Assembly: GCA_951406725.2 (NCBI GenBank)
Contig: OX597814.1
Coordinates: 38,254,001 to 38,318,000 of the forward strand
Length of the DNA: 64,000 bases
Reading direction: 5' to 3'
Source of the DNA: Octopus vulgaris
Taxonomy: Eukaryota
A program made the position numbers and the translations under genes. Positions 26,001 to 40,348 of this stretch are shown piece after piece; positions within the stretch are counted from its first letter, which is position 1, and each line of letters begins with the position of its first letter. The notes below the pieces were generated by a model. The model did not search any database. It was given only the letters and a program-made list of their open reading frames with translations, and was not told the DNA's origin.

Positions 26001-27237
26001 AAGGATATTGTCATTCGGGACACTAAGCCTTTTATTTTGATTTGGAATTAAAACATATAATGTTACCAATTATATTTCATATTAGTAATCGCTTTCAGAT
26101 TATGAATGGTATAATTATTAATGACTAAACATTATAATCTACGTCAAATCAAATGTTACTGTTGTAGCAAAAACAATGCTAAAGGAATATAATCAAGATT
26201 ATTATAACGTATATCGTCGCTTTTAATCTTATTAGTCTTGATGCATTATCTAAAGCTATTTAAGATGACGTCACTATCATAATACCGTTTATTATCTTGA
26301 TAATAATCTTCATCAACATCATCCTCGTAATCCCATTTAAGTAAGATATCGACTACAATATACTCTATAAAAATATATTCGTAGCATCATCTATTTCAGA
26401 ATGTATCTATATGTTATCTAGAAAGTAGCCGATAACTATTCTTATAGTAACACAAGAGGCATTATGTCCAATAGTGGTTACTCAAATATCGGTTTAATAT
26501 TTAAGAAGAGATATAGAATTCTGAACACGTACTCGGTTTGAAATTCTATGACAATTCCCTTGTTAATCTGTTAGACTAGTACGTATTCTACAGGATGATT
26601 GAAACAGTTTGCCTATTGAATCCAATATTAAATATAATGGATCATGTTTGCTTCAATGGACTAGCTTTCATAATATCTTATCCGTATCAAAGAGTAGCGT
26701 TCGATGATAGATTCCATATTTCCAACAGAATGTACATTATATTTGCTAAATTCTATAGAACACTGGCCTTCTTGACAGTAAAATAAATAATATCTGTCAT
26801 TTATAGGATTTATGTGCACATGCATCATTGTGTATACCAAGGCCTTATGACTCACATATAATTATCAGATTAATAAAATGCCTCAAATAAAGCATTCTGC
26901 TGAATGTTTATTACGCCATGGAATGGTATTTACTAGATAGCAGTCAATGAGTCCAAAATTTAAAATACGGAATTATTACTCATGTAATAAAGACCAATAA
27001 TCATCTCGTATTATGTGTGATAATTTTCAATTATTTTGAATATATGTTACTGACTGACTAGAAAATACTAAAAATGCTTAGATTGGTACTTTTCATAAGC
27101 ATCTAGATATTTTAAATGTTAATATTTGTGGTAACATATATTAATAACTGAAGCTTAAAATGTTATTACTTCAGTTTCTGTTTTGAGGTTGTATTTACCT
27201 TTTGGTATATGAATTGTTTAGAATGTTATATACTGAT

Positions 27238-27430
27238 TTCAAACTTTGGCAGAAGGCTAATAATTTCGGGGTAGAGTGTAAGTCGATTAGTTCGGATCCA
27301 ATAGTCAACTGGTACTTGAACGATGAAAGGTAAATGCCACTCACCGGCACCATTTAAACTCAGAACGTAGTATCGGAAGAAATAATCATTTTGTCCGACG
27401 CGGTAATAGTTCTACGATGTCACTGCCTTC
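27238..27430 (-). mobile_element. Degenerate tRNA-derived SINE with internal deletion
   Basis: aagtcgattag...caactggtactt...gatgaaagg...tttaaactcagaacgtag...cattttgtccgacgcggtaa...ctgcctt aligns to 35679-35893. Confidence 0.8.
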
Positions 27431-28305
27431 TGATGGTACATATTGAAATGAAAAGGTGAGTATAAAATAATATATTAAATTCTTGTTAAAAATTGTTTGT
27501 CGGTGGGTTTCATGGCAGAATGTTAGAATATTCAATTCATCTGTCAATAAGAAAAGAAAAATAACAATGTTTTCTATCTTCTATACGGATTTTGTGTCAT
27601 ACTTGTATTGTTCGCGTTCAGTTATTTTACTACTGGTGCTTAATAAGCGATCAAATTTGATTGCACAAGCCTATACTCAAAGTAATACTAGCTTTAGTAA
27701 TTTCTCGCTGACACAGCAGCTAGATTGAAACATATTGTCATGATGTTACATTTTTTTTTCAGTGAAGCTGATTAGCGAGTGATATTAGACATAATTATAC
27801 AGTCTTTGGTATATGCCGTTCGTAAAAAATCTATACGTTCTTATCACACAAAGTGAGCTGATGGTAATAGTTTTCGGTTTCGTGGAGATATGGTACGTAA
27901 GAAATATCTGTTGAACTGAAAGAAATATGTTCCTACGTTATTGTTAACAATCTTAATGCCTTCATATTTGTATATTTGTATATTACATATCCTATGTAGT
28001 CTTTTCCAGATGTATGTTGTTTTGCTAGCTCATCTAGTTTCATTGACTCAATTGAAAACATTGAGTTTACCCAAGAATTTCAGTCACTGGGACAATGTGT
28101 AAAACCCTTCAGAGATTTTGACAATTTCGAAAATATTTCAAATATTCGTTGTTACTGTTTTTAAGATAGTTGAATGTAACACAAAGAAAGTTTTACACCG
28201 GGTGATCTTATTTATTCGAAGGTGGAGAATCTCCTATATTTTGCGATAAATTTAATAGATATAAAGATTAGAAAAATTGTTTTAAGCTCTGACTCGCATT
28301 TTCTC

Positions 28306-29404
28306 ATCTGTTTGGAATGAATGTAGAATACTGATAATCTCATAGGACACCAAGTGTTATTAAGGATTGTAATCAGGCCATCACTGATCAAAAGGATTTT
28401 GAAAATGGTTGATGGAGTTTTGATGCACATTCTCAAATGTATATTTATGCATATATGTATATTTTAACATTTTTGATCTAACACGTATCTGACGTAAGAA
28501 CAGGAAAATAGAGTAGTCGCTTAACTCATGACGTACATCATCACAGTCTACTTGAGAAGGGAGTCCTTGTGTGCTGAGATATATCTGAGTCTAGTTAAAT
28601 TATTTAGAATTTGCTGGAGGACATTTTCCAGAAAAAAATTTGAATGTTATGTTTGGAGTCTATCTGAAGCAGCATTGAAATATTGTCGTAAGTTATCGCT
28701 CTTTTCTGAATTAAGTTCTCTATATCCCATTATCAAAATGCATGGTGCTGAGAAGATATATTTTGTATCAACATATTTTACATATTCTATATCAACCTTT
28801 ACATATTTATATCAACCTTTAGCATACCGTTCACCGAAACTCTTTTCGTCAACGTAGGTAGGTCAAGGAGCACTTGCAATAACTCAGATTCAAATGTGAG
28901 TTTGTCCATGACGATGGTACTAACGTATTGCTTCTAGCTAACAATTGTTGATGGTGTTGCGTGGAAAGTGCTTAACAGCTTCACTTAGCACATTTATTTC
29001 CTTCAGACCTGAAAAAGTTTTTGTGTATCTTCATTATATCTACAAACATCATGTGTCTGATGGATATTTTGCGTATCTTGACTTTCACCAGCAATCGAGA
29101 CAAACTGAACCGTCGATGACAAAAGGGCGGACAAACAAAAAGGAATGCTAAACGAGATAAGAGTGAGAACACAACAATGTTTAACTTCGATGTGAATTAC
29201 GAAAGATTCCTAGGAGTAGCCATCAAATTGAATGATCCATTCATATCTGTTTGAAATGAATGAAGAATACATATACTCTCATAGGACACCAAGTGTTCAT
29301 CAGGATTGTAATGAGGCCATCACTGATCATAAGGATTTATGAGTTCGTGAGGTAAATCAGGCTATCACTGATCATACGGATTTATGAGTTCGTGAGGTAA
29401 ATTA
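28306..29404 (+). repeat. Local duplication: ~95-bp direct repeat (28306-28402 / 29245-29341) plus ~46-bp tandem duplication (29311-29404)
   Basis: Shared tctcataggacaccaagtgtt...aggattgtaat.aggccatcactgatca.aaggattt; atcactgatcata.ggatttatgagttcgtgaggtaaat occurs twice in tandem. Confidence 0.88.
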
Positions 29405-29559
29405 AAGAGATATAGAGTAGTTATTTCAGTATGAAATTTTTCTCGTGAAAATCGAAAGGAGAGAATTCAGTCAATCATGCACTAATATTCGGATAATACA
29501 AATTCAGCGAGTTTATGTAGTCCTTCCCAACAATGTTCGGCTGACATATTCCTCTGTAA

Positions 29560-29880
29560 GTGTTGTAAAAGCGTCTGTCCCGTTGTTCTTGTTCAAGGTA
29601 AAAATATTGTAATCTTTCATAGTATGTGATACTGGTCCTTCTTTATTGCAGCGCGTTACGTTTAACATAGTTGAGAACATCTTCTAGACTTCCGTTATAA
29701 CAAGGTACCTTGTCAGTGGAATCTCGATCAACGTTTTTACCCAGATAGCTAACAGGCGACATACTTTCAAGTATATCCACCACTGGCTGACATTTCAAGG
29801 CGTCCGCCACAGTGTCTGAGATAGTATTTTCTGTGAGAATAATTTTTAGTAATAGTAATCGTAGCTGTGAACGCATTTGC
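29560..29880 (-). pseudogene. Possible decayed Ty3/Gypsy gag remnant
   Basis: Reading through one stop gives GSLEDVLNYVKRNALQ*RRTSITYYERLQYFYLEQEQRDR, reminiscent of the gag ER..F....Q motif. Weak resemblance only. Confidence 0.25.
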
Positions 29881-31936
29881 CTGTGATTATCTTACTTGCA
29901 TTGATTTTCAGTTATTTTGCTCATGGCTAGAATGACGTATTTCTTTATCTCAGTACACACTCAACATATATTACATCTGCTAAATGATGATTGAATAACT
30001 TTGCCAATCTCTACCGAATAGCTATATACATATATCTGACTGGTTATTGACCTTGTATGCTATTGCTCTTAATGCTTCCAAATTTTTTGGGGGGTGGGTT
30101 GGGGGGACTATTATGTATGAGTAAATCGCCACGCTTTTCTTCGGTGGCAGCAGTGAACGTACATAATCTTGCTTTAAGCAATCATGTGCAAAGCAACGTT
30201 TCTTCTCAAATGCCTGACAATGATTGCTAAATTAGTGTTTAATCCCATTTTTAATAATCACAGTAAATTTATCAAATTTGAAAGGATAGATTCTAAATAT
30301 CTCCATCTGGATATTCTTTTAACCTCGCTACATCACTTACTGTGATGTGTTGATGTGGCATTCAGAGTAACTTTGACTATTGACATTATACTGTATGGAA
30401 AAAGTTATGCAATTTTCAGGAGAATGTTCTTTCTTAAATGAAAATTCGGTGATATGCAGCTGCTGCTGCCACTACTGCTACTACCGCTGTTGCTGCTGCT
30501 GATGACGATGATGATGATGACGGTGCTGATGATACACTAACAATGTTAGATACAAAAGTGAGCGTTATAATAAGTAGTAACAAATTATTAATGAAAGATA
30601 AATGCACGAAGCCAATTTGTTACGGTTCATTCGTTTAATATTGACACGTAAAGAAATAATGCAAAATGGGAATATAAAATTTATGGAATTAACATTATGA
30701 AAGTACATTCTATTCAGAAATAAATAAGGAAAATAAAAGATAATTTCTCTATGCTTTTGTTTTATATGACATTATTAATAACGAAAATTAACAAAACGCA
30801 TCAAAACAAACTTCGATACACGTGATGGACGTTCTCTTGTGTATTGATTTACACCAATTGACATAAAATAACATGTTCACAAATTAAAAGAAATACAAAC
30901 GAAAGAATATACGGTACTTGACTGGAGGGAGATTTTTATTATGTAATGTTTTTTTGTAACGTCTCTGTGAATATGTTAAGAAAATGCACAGTTTGAATGA
31001 TTCATTATACTTGTTAACTGTATAATTTTCTTATTTTATTAATCACACTGAAACTCGTAGACACTATACCAACGGCACAATTTCTGTTTAATCATTTAAT
31101 TATTCTTTCTGCATATTATGTGTTTAAAAACAAATACTGGTTATTAAATATAAGAATATTAAATAAAAAAATTATTCGTTCTTGAGATTGCCTTGAGAAA
31201 TAATTGACAAAGTATAGCCACAGAAATACATATAGCAACAGAACTAACATGCATTTTCTGTGACCCAATATTCAGGATGAAAATATATAGCTCTAAAAAA
31301 CGAGAAAAAAAAGCATTTACTTTTACTTCCTCTCTAGTTATGTTCTTTCCTCTTCAAGAAACTTGTTCCACATACTTGCGAAATAACACACACAAAAACA
31401 CACACAAACATATACACACGCACGCATATATACACTCATGAAATTTATCTTTGTAGAACATGCTTTTCTGTGACCGCGACTGGTGATGATAAGCATATAT
31501 ATGTATATAAATTTCTAATAACCAAAAATACATATATTTTTGAAAGATATATGAAAGCACATTGTATCCTAAACTAGATGTTTTACTGAATTCAATATAT
31601 CCGTACATCTCGAACAATAATGAACCGCGGATTTAACTGGGGAATTACTCCAGTTAATACATTCCAACGCAAAACACTTAGCCAAGATCTACACTTAACA
31701 TCGGCTGCGAAATCTCAACCATTTAGTTCCATATCTTTTGAGAAGATATGTAATAATTACGATATGTAATATATTTATTAAGAAATCCAAAGGAATGTTT
31801 CGCTCTTCGAAATACCTCTAATATACAGAAAATCAAACTTGAATCTATGCGTGTGTGTTTACATACATACATGCATACACGCATATGTGTGTGTGTGTGT
31901 GTGTATGTATACACGGACACGTATATATATATATAT

Positions 31937-31968
<32 letters not shown>

Positions 31969-34651
31969 TGAGTGAGAGACCGAAAGACAGAAACATACAC
32001 ACACATACATTCAGAGACACATATATATTGTATACATGATTACAGACTTAAAGGAAAGAGGAATCAATAACAAATGGTTTGCTACTTACATATCTAAACA
32101 ATATTTAATCAGATATTTTGATGATTTTATATCTCTTACGATTAAGCAATTAATAATCTTCAAATTCCATTATAACTATGTATTATTAAAGCATTGGGTT
32201 TTCCTCTTGAGTGTTATATTTGAAAATGTTCTCATTTTAAAATCCAAACACTGCAATACCGTGATTCACAGAGTCTTGAATATATCATGCAGTTTAAGAT
32301 CGTTCTATATGCAGGAAAATTATATTATAGTAGGCTATACCTAGCATATCTTGAAAAATGCAACCCCGATCATTATTTTTATATTTTTATTTTGTCCGCA
32401 TCTAGATACTATTAACATGTAGTATATGATATGACATGTGGCTTATTAAAATGTAATGTAATAGAACTGTTATTCGCGCTTTTGTGCTAGAATAATGATT
32501 CATATATTTAGGCAGGGAAGCAAAGATATATTTTGTTACGTGTACCTCTGATTGTCTCTTGACAAATATAGTATCACTAGAGCCATGTCTTGTTATGAAT
32601 ATAGTATAACGTTCATTATTTGATATAATCTTTGCTCAACATTCCCAGACTCTTATTTACCAACGTGATATGATTCAATATTCAATCATTAAATGTACTG
32701 GAATGATTGAATCAAAAAGTAAAGCGAACTTGCATATCTGGTTCATCATATCACAACAATCAATGTACAGAAATGCTATTCTGTTCTCAGTCGAATCTAA
32801 CATTATATTGCAAACCAAAGGAAGTATCCATCAACCTTGATTAGCTGAGTCGGAGTAGTTTACATAATTTATAAATATTTATAGAATTGTTCTTCAAGTG
32901 CATTGGTAGACTAATCGATGTTCTGGTATTTAAATATGTATAATACACAAAATTTACATATCGGGAAATTAGCTGTTCGGAATGGTAACATACATCATAA
33001 TAATGAATATAGATAATGCAATATTTATATCAGGGAATTGTAAATCGACAGCATTGCGGGACCACCGCTTGCAAAAACCATTTTGAGAAATATGAAATAT
33101 GCTACTTAAAATGTAAAATTGTGTACTAGGAAAGAAATCTTAAATGTTTAACCATATAGTTTTTTGCTCGATTATCTGTTTAGTGACGCGATTAAATGAA
33201 GAGAGATAATAAGTATTACGGCTACGTATTACTGCGCTTTTTACATGTTATTTATATATTATTTTGAGTATATAAGAATGATTGCATGTATAGCTTTATT
33301 AGGCAGTTTTTATGTGGGAGATGCGCCTATACTATATATTAGCAAAATATTTTCTCGTACAATTTACACCAAATTACTCTAGATTGAAATAAACACATGG
33401 AAATATTGCATCAACTTAGTGAATTTTATTCGTGAACATGTGCTATTTTGCATCCAAAAATATATTTTGACTTGGTAATTTGCATTATAATATCATAACG
33501 TATATATTAGCATTGGTATCTCATAATTTTCCAAGAACTTATCACTATTTTTAGAGCAAATATCAATGATCGTTATTGGAAAATATTGAGGGCCCCTTTG
33601 TAATGCCCCCATCAAATTAGCAGCTTAAATCCTAAAATAGAAGATTCTGGAATATCCAATATTCCCTAATCATTACATCTCCATAAATGCCAATTAACCG
33701 AATGGAAGTCTTCTGAAATTGGTATAAATTCCTGTTATCAACGAGTCATGAGAAAGGTTACGAAATTCAAAACCACCACACACCTTGTTACACATATATG
33801 TGTGGTGTGTTTGTGTGTTTATGTGTGTGTGTGTGTGTGTGTGTGTGAATGTGTGTATGAGTGTGTGCATGTGGGTAAGTTAGCATGTGTGTACGTGTCA
33901 CCTCAGTTTGTCTTATATCATGATTCGATATGTTTTAAGATAATTCTATTATACAGTGAGGCAGACTAATAAAAGACAGAAGAAAAACCAAATAGGACAG
34001 GTTAGAACTGTAATTTTAAGTTGAATTCTTACATGAAGACCAATTACTTCACTATTACCGATTCTAAAATTCCAATTGGTGTAATATATTCCTAACAGAT
34101 TGAATTACTTTGAATATTTATTTCAGTTTTTGTGGGGAAAATATAAATTCCATTCATGATAAACATGGCAATTTAGTTTAGTTTCGTATAATGCTTGAAA
34201 ATAATTGTTTCTGGAATGACAATTGCAACGTAGTCAGACATAAGTAATAGAAAGTGATTCTTATCTATTTTATGTGAAAATAACCATTCGTAACAAAGTC
34301 TAGTCACCCAGCTTATCAAACGGAGGGACACACATTCTTTCTTTTTTAATATTCATTTGAGATTAACATAAAAACGTGACATTTGTTCCTGACATGCGCC
34401 ACTTAAATACGCTACTGAGTTTCATAGTAACCTTCACAATTTTTTATCTGATATAACAAAATAGCAAAGATAGTTATGATAATGCAAGTAAACACAAATA
34501 CGGGTTTAATGAATAGCATGATGTTAACCTACCATCAGACCTTATAGAGAATACAGATACAATCTAGGCGACTTAATGCTTTTATGTTATAATACGAATA
34601 ATGTAAAAAAATATTATTTGATGCGAACAAGAAATGGATTGTATCCCGTTG

Positions 34652-34701
34652 TTTAGGGATGTCACGTCATACACCTTAGTGTATGACGTGACATCCCTAA
34701 A
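34652..34701. repeat. Perfect palindrome, 23-bp arms, 4-nt spacer
   Basis: tttagggatgtcacgtcatacac-ctta-gtgtatgacgtgacatccctaaa. Confidence 0.97.
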
Positions 34702-35678
34702 TGTTCTTAGTTGGTAGTTATAAGTTGTTGTTTTTTAACTGGCAATAAATAAGCTCGAGAGAAAACTGTAAAGGTTTTGGTCGTGCATGAGACAGAATAT
34801 GGGATCTTAGTGAATATTGAAAAAAGTGACTGGTTTAAACTATAAATACATATGTTGCTTTGTCTTCTATACTGGAATATCTGGATACTTCAGAGAAAAG
34901 GTAACAGATATACAATAGGAGGAGTGATTGCAGGAATTGAACGCTAGCCAATGTGCATGGTAAATTGAGATTAAGAACACAGGAGTGAAAAGTGAAATAT
35001 TTGTAATAATTCCCACACACACACACACAAAAATTCAGCGTTAAGGAATTACTGATAGGACGGCAGATTTGGTTTGAGAGAGATGGGATATACGCTGCAA
35101 AACTACTCTACATGAAATCAAATGTTCCATGTGTCCATTGTCATTATCAAGCACAGTATTTATACATAATTTCTTATACCGTCAAATATATGAGCCCATA
35201 AATCATTGTACACTCCATTGAAAACAGTATTTATTTTCCGTAATGTTGTGGCAAATGAAATTATTAATTAATGAAGGTAAACTTGGATTTCCCATTATTA
35301 CGAATGTCGAAAAAGACTGTCGCAGAATCATGTAAGATACGACAATTTCTTGATAAAATATAAAGCGAACTACCCCAATTATCAATACGGAATACAAATG
35401 TTCAGGATTCTGTTACACATCATGTAAAAATATATTGCCGTTTACAAATATCTCGGAATGTAATATGTATATATACGTGCGCACGGGAGTGTGCGTGTCT
35501 AAATGTATATTTATATTCAGTTTTATACATTTATATTTGCATTTATAGTATGTTGATTGTTATAGCTGGTCAGAGGGTAACCATTCGTTTTTTACTTATT
35601 CTGCTAAGCGCTCCATAGGTGCGAAAATAAGGGTCAACGTCTGACCGCTCACGACTATCAAACTGCCATAAATATATT

Positions 35679-35893
35679 CTTTTCTACTCCAGACAAAAGG
35701 CCCAAAATTGTTAGGGGCGGGGGCCAGTCGATTATATCGACCCCAGTACGCAGCTGGTACTAAATTCATAGACCTGAAATGGATGAAGGCCAAAGTCGAC
35801 CTCGGCAGAATTTAAACTCAGAACGTAAAGACAGATGAAATACCGCTAAGCATTTTGTCCGGCGTGCTAACGTTTCTACCTGCTCGGCGCCTT
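35679..35893 (-). mobile_element. Full-length tRNA-derived SINE (Nin/Deu-type core) with TSD
   Basis: Minus-strand head ggcgccgagcaggtagaaacgttagcacgccgg, B-box-like gagtttaaattc, core gccttcatccatttcaggtctatgaatttagtaccag. 17-bp TSD actgccataaatatatt (35662-78) / actgctatacatatatt (35894-910). Confidence 0.9.
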
Positions 35894-36555
35894 ACTGCTA
35901 TACATATATTACTGCTGTAATGTTTGAGAGTGTGCTTCTTTTGCAGATATTTGAAATACCACCTATATACATACATATACATACATACATACATTATATT
36001 ATATTGCCTTATATTATATTAAAAATGAACTTCAATCTTACTTGTTTGCTTCCAATGTTACACAGCCAAACTGGAAAATACTATATATTAAGACCTCCTG
36101 AAATGTGAATGCAAACGGAATAAAGCAAGTTTCATGTAAATCGGATAATAGATTCTAAATATATTAGGGTGTTGGGGTATAAATACCCAAAGGCTCCATA
36201 ATGTGAAAATACTCCGGAAATGACTTAACCCTGAAATTGAAGAACCTATAACCTTTCGATTAGACCTATTAGTGAATAACTTGCCAACTAAAACATACGA
36301 GTTGCCTATCATAGAGTATGATTCTATTTTCTCTTCTGTTAAACACAATAGTTTAGTCATTTAGAAATATATCGAATTGAATGCGATATCAAAATATAAG
36401 TTGTTTTTGCAGCAAGTATTTATATATTAGTTTAAGCTTTCTTTAAACAGGCAATATTTTAATGCTATCTTAAAGTATTTTCAAGTGAATACCTTTACAA
36501 AAATTTTTTTGGCATATTTTTTAAATATTTTAAAGTGAAAATGACTTTAAAAAAA

Positions 36556-37197
36556 TTACGGAAAACATTTCGTAAAAGACCGGTTTGTAACCTCGGTGTG
36601 AAATAATATATTTTCCATAGGTATTTTCCGAGTGCATTTAACGTATCTCACATCGAAAGACCTGCCTGCTATTTCTGCTGAAAAAAATAATAAACCGGTG
36701 GAAAAAATAATTTCACACCGAAGTAGGAACATGTCATTTACGATATATTTACCTAATAGCGAGGTACGCATACGAATACAAAGATCAATGAGACTGATAA
36801 AGCAAGGTCTGCGAATGTCTTGGCTTAGAGAGAAAGAGACAGATGCAGGATAGATCAAGAATTGGATGCTCAGAGACCTGGGCGTCTGGGGAAAAATAGG
36901 AAAAGAAATAAAAGCAAGAGACGTCATGAATCGAATGTTCATGTGAATACAAAGGGAATAAAATTTTTGCGTAAATGGGACGACGGGTTGCCCAGATACG
37001 TGGTTGTTCGGGTATCTGTATAAATAGCCAAACCGGTGTTTAATGGGGAAAAGACTTTGAAAATAAGGTACCAATGAAGTGTGAATACTCCTGGAATAAA
37101 AGATGTTTTGCGTAAATTGGACCACGGATTCTCGAAATACGTATTTATTTCGGGTACCTTGAACTATTGGTGACCCAAGCTGCCACGGTTAATCTAC
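36556..37197 (+). mobile_element. Structured non-coding repeat, possibly non-autonomous Helitron
   Basis: GC raised; inverted repeat 36593-36617 / 36699-36721; ~77-bp direct repeats 36942-37017 / 37080-37159; 3' end gccacggttaatctac resembles a decayed hairpin plus CTRR. Confidence 0.4.
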
Positions 37198-38251
37198 ATA
37201 CATGAATATATATATAGAGATAGACAGATAGATTGATATTCATAATTTACACAAAATTTGTCCAATGTGTTTAATCATTTTACGTACAACTGTAGGACGC
37301 TTTCTATTTCGAAGTTTTTCTTTACTGGATAAGAGGCTTGGATTGTTATTCCTTTTAACAGCACAAACAAAGAGATTACATAACATTAGAGAAGACAAAA
37401 GAGTTAAAAACATTCAGGCCTAGTCTCCGATTGAAAACTTATTTGTTCCCGTTCTCTAATCAGTCTTGGATAATATGAAAATATTAGCCTTGTACTTTAC
37501 GCCTACTAGTGTACAATGTATTGTATTACTGAATTGCATACAATTAATTATCTGAGATTATGAACGCATCGCACCACAAATTAAGCATCATATTCTTGAG
37601 TTTATGACAATATATGTGAACATAAAATAACATTCATGGTGTGATAACATGTGATATGATAATATTCAATGCTAATCTAATAAAAGTCTCTAGCAATATG
37701 GTGTTGTAGGATAATAAAAAAATAATCATGGACATCCACACAAAAATAATGAATTTGCGTTTTTAACTCTGGCATATTAGATTAATTTTCCATCGAATAG
37801 TAAATATCATCGCATGCTTACACACTGGGAAAATATTTTAAATGCATTTTGCAAAAAAATTATATAGAAAGATTTTGTTAAATATATAGGTCGATTTTAC
37901 GTGATGTTTTATAATCTAATGCAATAGTTTGATGGCATATTATATGCTAACACTGGAGAAAAGGACAATGTTAGATTAACTGATGCTAATTTCACCTTGC
38001 AAATTGACCTTGCTCAAAGGGGTTATACACAAACTAATATTTAACTTGCAATACTTGTTAAGATATAAATTACAAAATATGTGTAAAACTTGCTGCCGAT
38101 TAACTGTTCAATATTCCACACCTGTGTATGTTGATTTGCCATTCCTTTAAAAAAAAGAAGAAGAAGAAAAGAAAGAAATGAACTAGTATGCCTGTATGTG
38201 TCTGTACATGTGTTCGTGTGTAAATATATGTGCCGGTGTGTATGCACCGAA

Positions 38252-38311
<60 letters not shown>

Positions 38312-38880
38312 ACATTCATGTCAAATTTTCTCCTTAGTTAAGCAAAATATTGGAGAGATATTGGATTGTAAAAGAAAACCAATATTAAATTATATTTGTT
38401 TTCATTTCATATCACTTCCAGGCAGGTGGGTTTCTCAATTTCAAAGATTGCATACAGAAAGGATAAGCGTAGCACATATCCCTTGCTGATGCAGTTCTCT
38501 ACTTTGTTTTTGTTGATTTTGCTGCTCTTGTTGCTGCCGCGGTTGCTGTAGTGGCGATAGTAGTAGTAGCATTTGTTGTTGTTGTTGTTGCTGCTTAGCA
38601 TCACATCCGCTCTGATCTGAGTGATCTACAATCAAAGATTTTTCTAGTCGCCAACAACCCATCTTTTTCTAATTTTCAGGAAGCCCGGAAGCAATTTAAT
38701 AAATGTGTTGCTTTCTTAGTTGCTAAGTGTTATTTGGCTACTATTTCCAGGTGATTGATTTCACACGGTGTTGGTCTTGCATGCGTTCGTATTATATAAT
38801 GTTAATTTTCAGAGTTAGTCCTCTATATTTGTCAATCATGAATTGTATATCTCGGTATATTGTACGAACATATTTATGCT

Positions 38881-38953
<73 letters not shown>

Positions 38954-40023
38954 ATATATATATATATTTATAGATATACATAGATAGATAGATACATGTA
39001 CATGCATACACGAAAACGCATTAATTACATAGAATATTCATACAAAAATAAAAGAATATAATAAATGTACAATCATTCAGAAATCATTTATATTATTTTC
39101 GGCTTTAAATTCAGATATATAATAATTGACCATGTTTTGCAGCAATCAAATATTTATTCCATTTATCCTCATTTGTTTCAATAACAATTTAGACGAATAT
39201 TCCACAATTACATTATATTATGCAAGGAACTATTCAACAGCGTTATCATCACACTTATATGCATATAAATGTGATACGCTAAATTTACTTGAATTGTCTG
39301 TGAAATACAAATTTATCTTCCGTGTTTGTCATTAGTTCATTTAAAGTAAATAAATTATTTCAATACCTATTTGAATAAAACGATATTTGGCCAATAGACA
39401 ACGAACCATTAAAATAACTATTTATGTAGAGAAAATTAGATGATCAAATAAAAATTATATATTTCAGTCTGAATATATATTCCGGACAAATAGTGAAGTT
39501 TAGTTCGAAATTCTATTAAAATGGTTCATTTTTATATCAATGTCTTTGATGTTTATTTACAATAAAGAACACGTTTTAAAAGGTAAAGAAATCAGTACTT
39601 GATAATCGATCGACTTCAAAAATAACTATGTAAGTGTATTTGCGTGCTACTATTTGCGTGCATAAAACTCTACCCCTTTCAACCCTCTCTTCCTCTTTCT
39701 ATCTATGTGTATATATATATTTATGTAAGAGGTATGAATGTATTTATTTTTAATTACAATTTATTACCAAAATTATCATTATTCCAGCATAATCTTCAAT
39801 ATATATTATTGCTAATTATAAATGATGTCTTGAAAAAAATTATCAAATTCTGAAAAAGAATTAATAAATAAAGTACCGAGATTACGTAACTATAGTGTTT
39901 GGATGGCTTTCACTGGCGGGAAATATCATGGGAATGTGGAAACATGAAACTGAGAGTGAGAAATTTATTTTCTCAACGGATATACATATGAAGGTGTCGT
40001 GTGTCTGTATATAAATATATATA

Positions 40024-40097
<74 letters not shown>

Positions 40098-40125
40098 CTG
40101 TATATCTCTTTATGTACACATGAAT

Positions 40126-40159
<34 letters not shown>

Positions 40160-40188
40160 CATGGCTGCTTCATTATTTAGAAATGGTA

Positions 40189-40348
40189 CTTAATTTGAAA
40201 GTTCTGATTTCAATTCTGCCGAGGTATACTTTGCTATTCATCATTTCGGGGGTTGATAAATTAAGCACCTGTTGCGTACTGGACTCGTTTTAATCGATTG
40301 CTTCCATCCCACCAAAAATTTCAGGCTCTGTGCCTATAGTAGAAAGGT
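40189..40348 (+). mobile_element. 5'-truncated SINE with TSD
   Basis: Core ctttgctattcatcatttcgggggttgataaattaagcacc and tail tgtgcctatagtagaaagg. 16-bp TSD ttatttagaaatggta (40173-88) / ttattaagaaatggta (40349-64). Confidence 0.87.

Noticed and set aside
29270-29310. Minus-strand CTGATGA followed by acac/gtgt hairpin
   Set aside because: GAAA box absent after the stem.
38441-38662. Poly-Q minus ORF
   Set aside because: Trinucleotide tract without convincing minus-strand splice signals.
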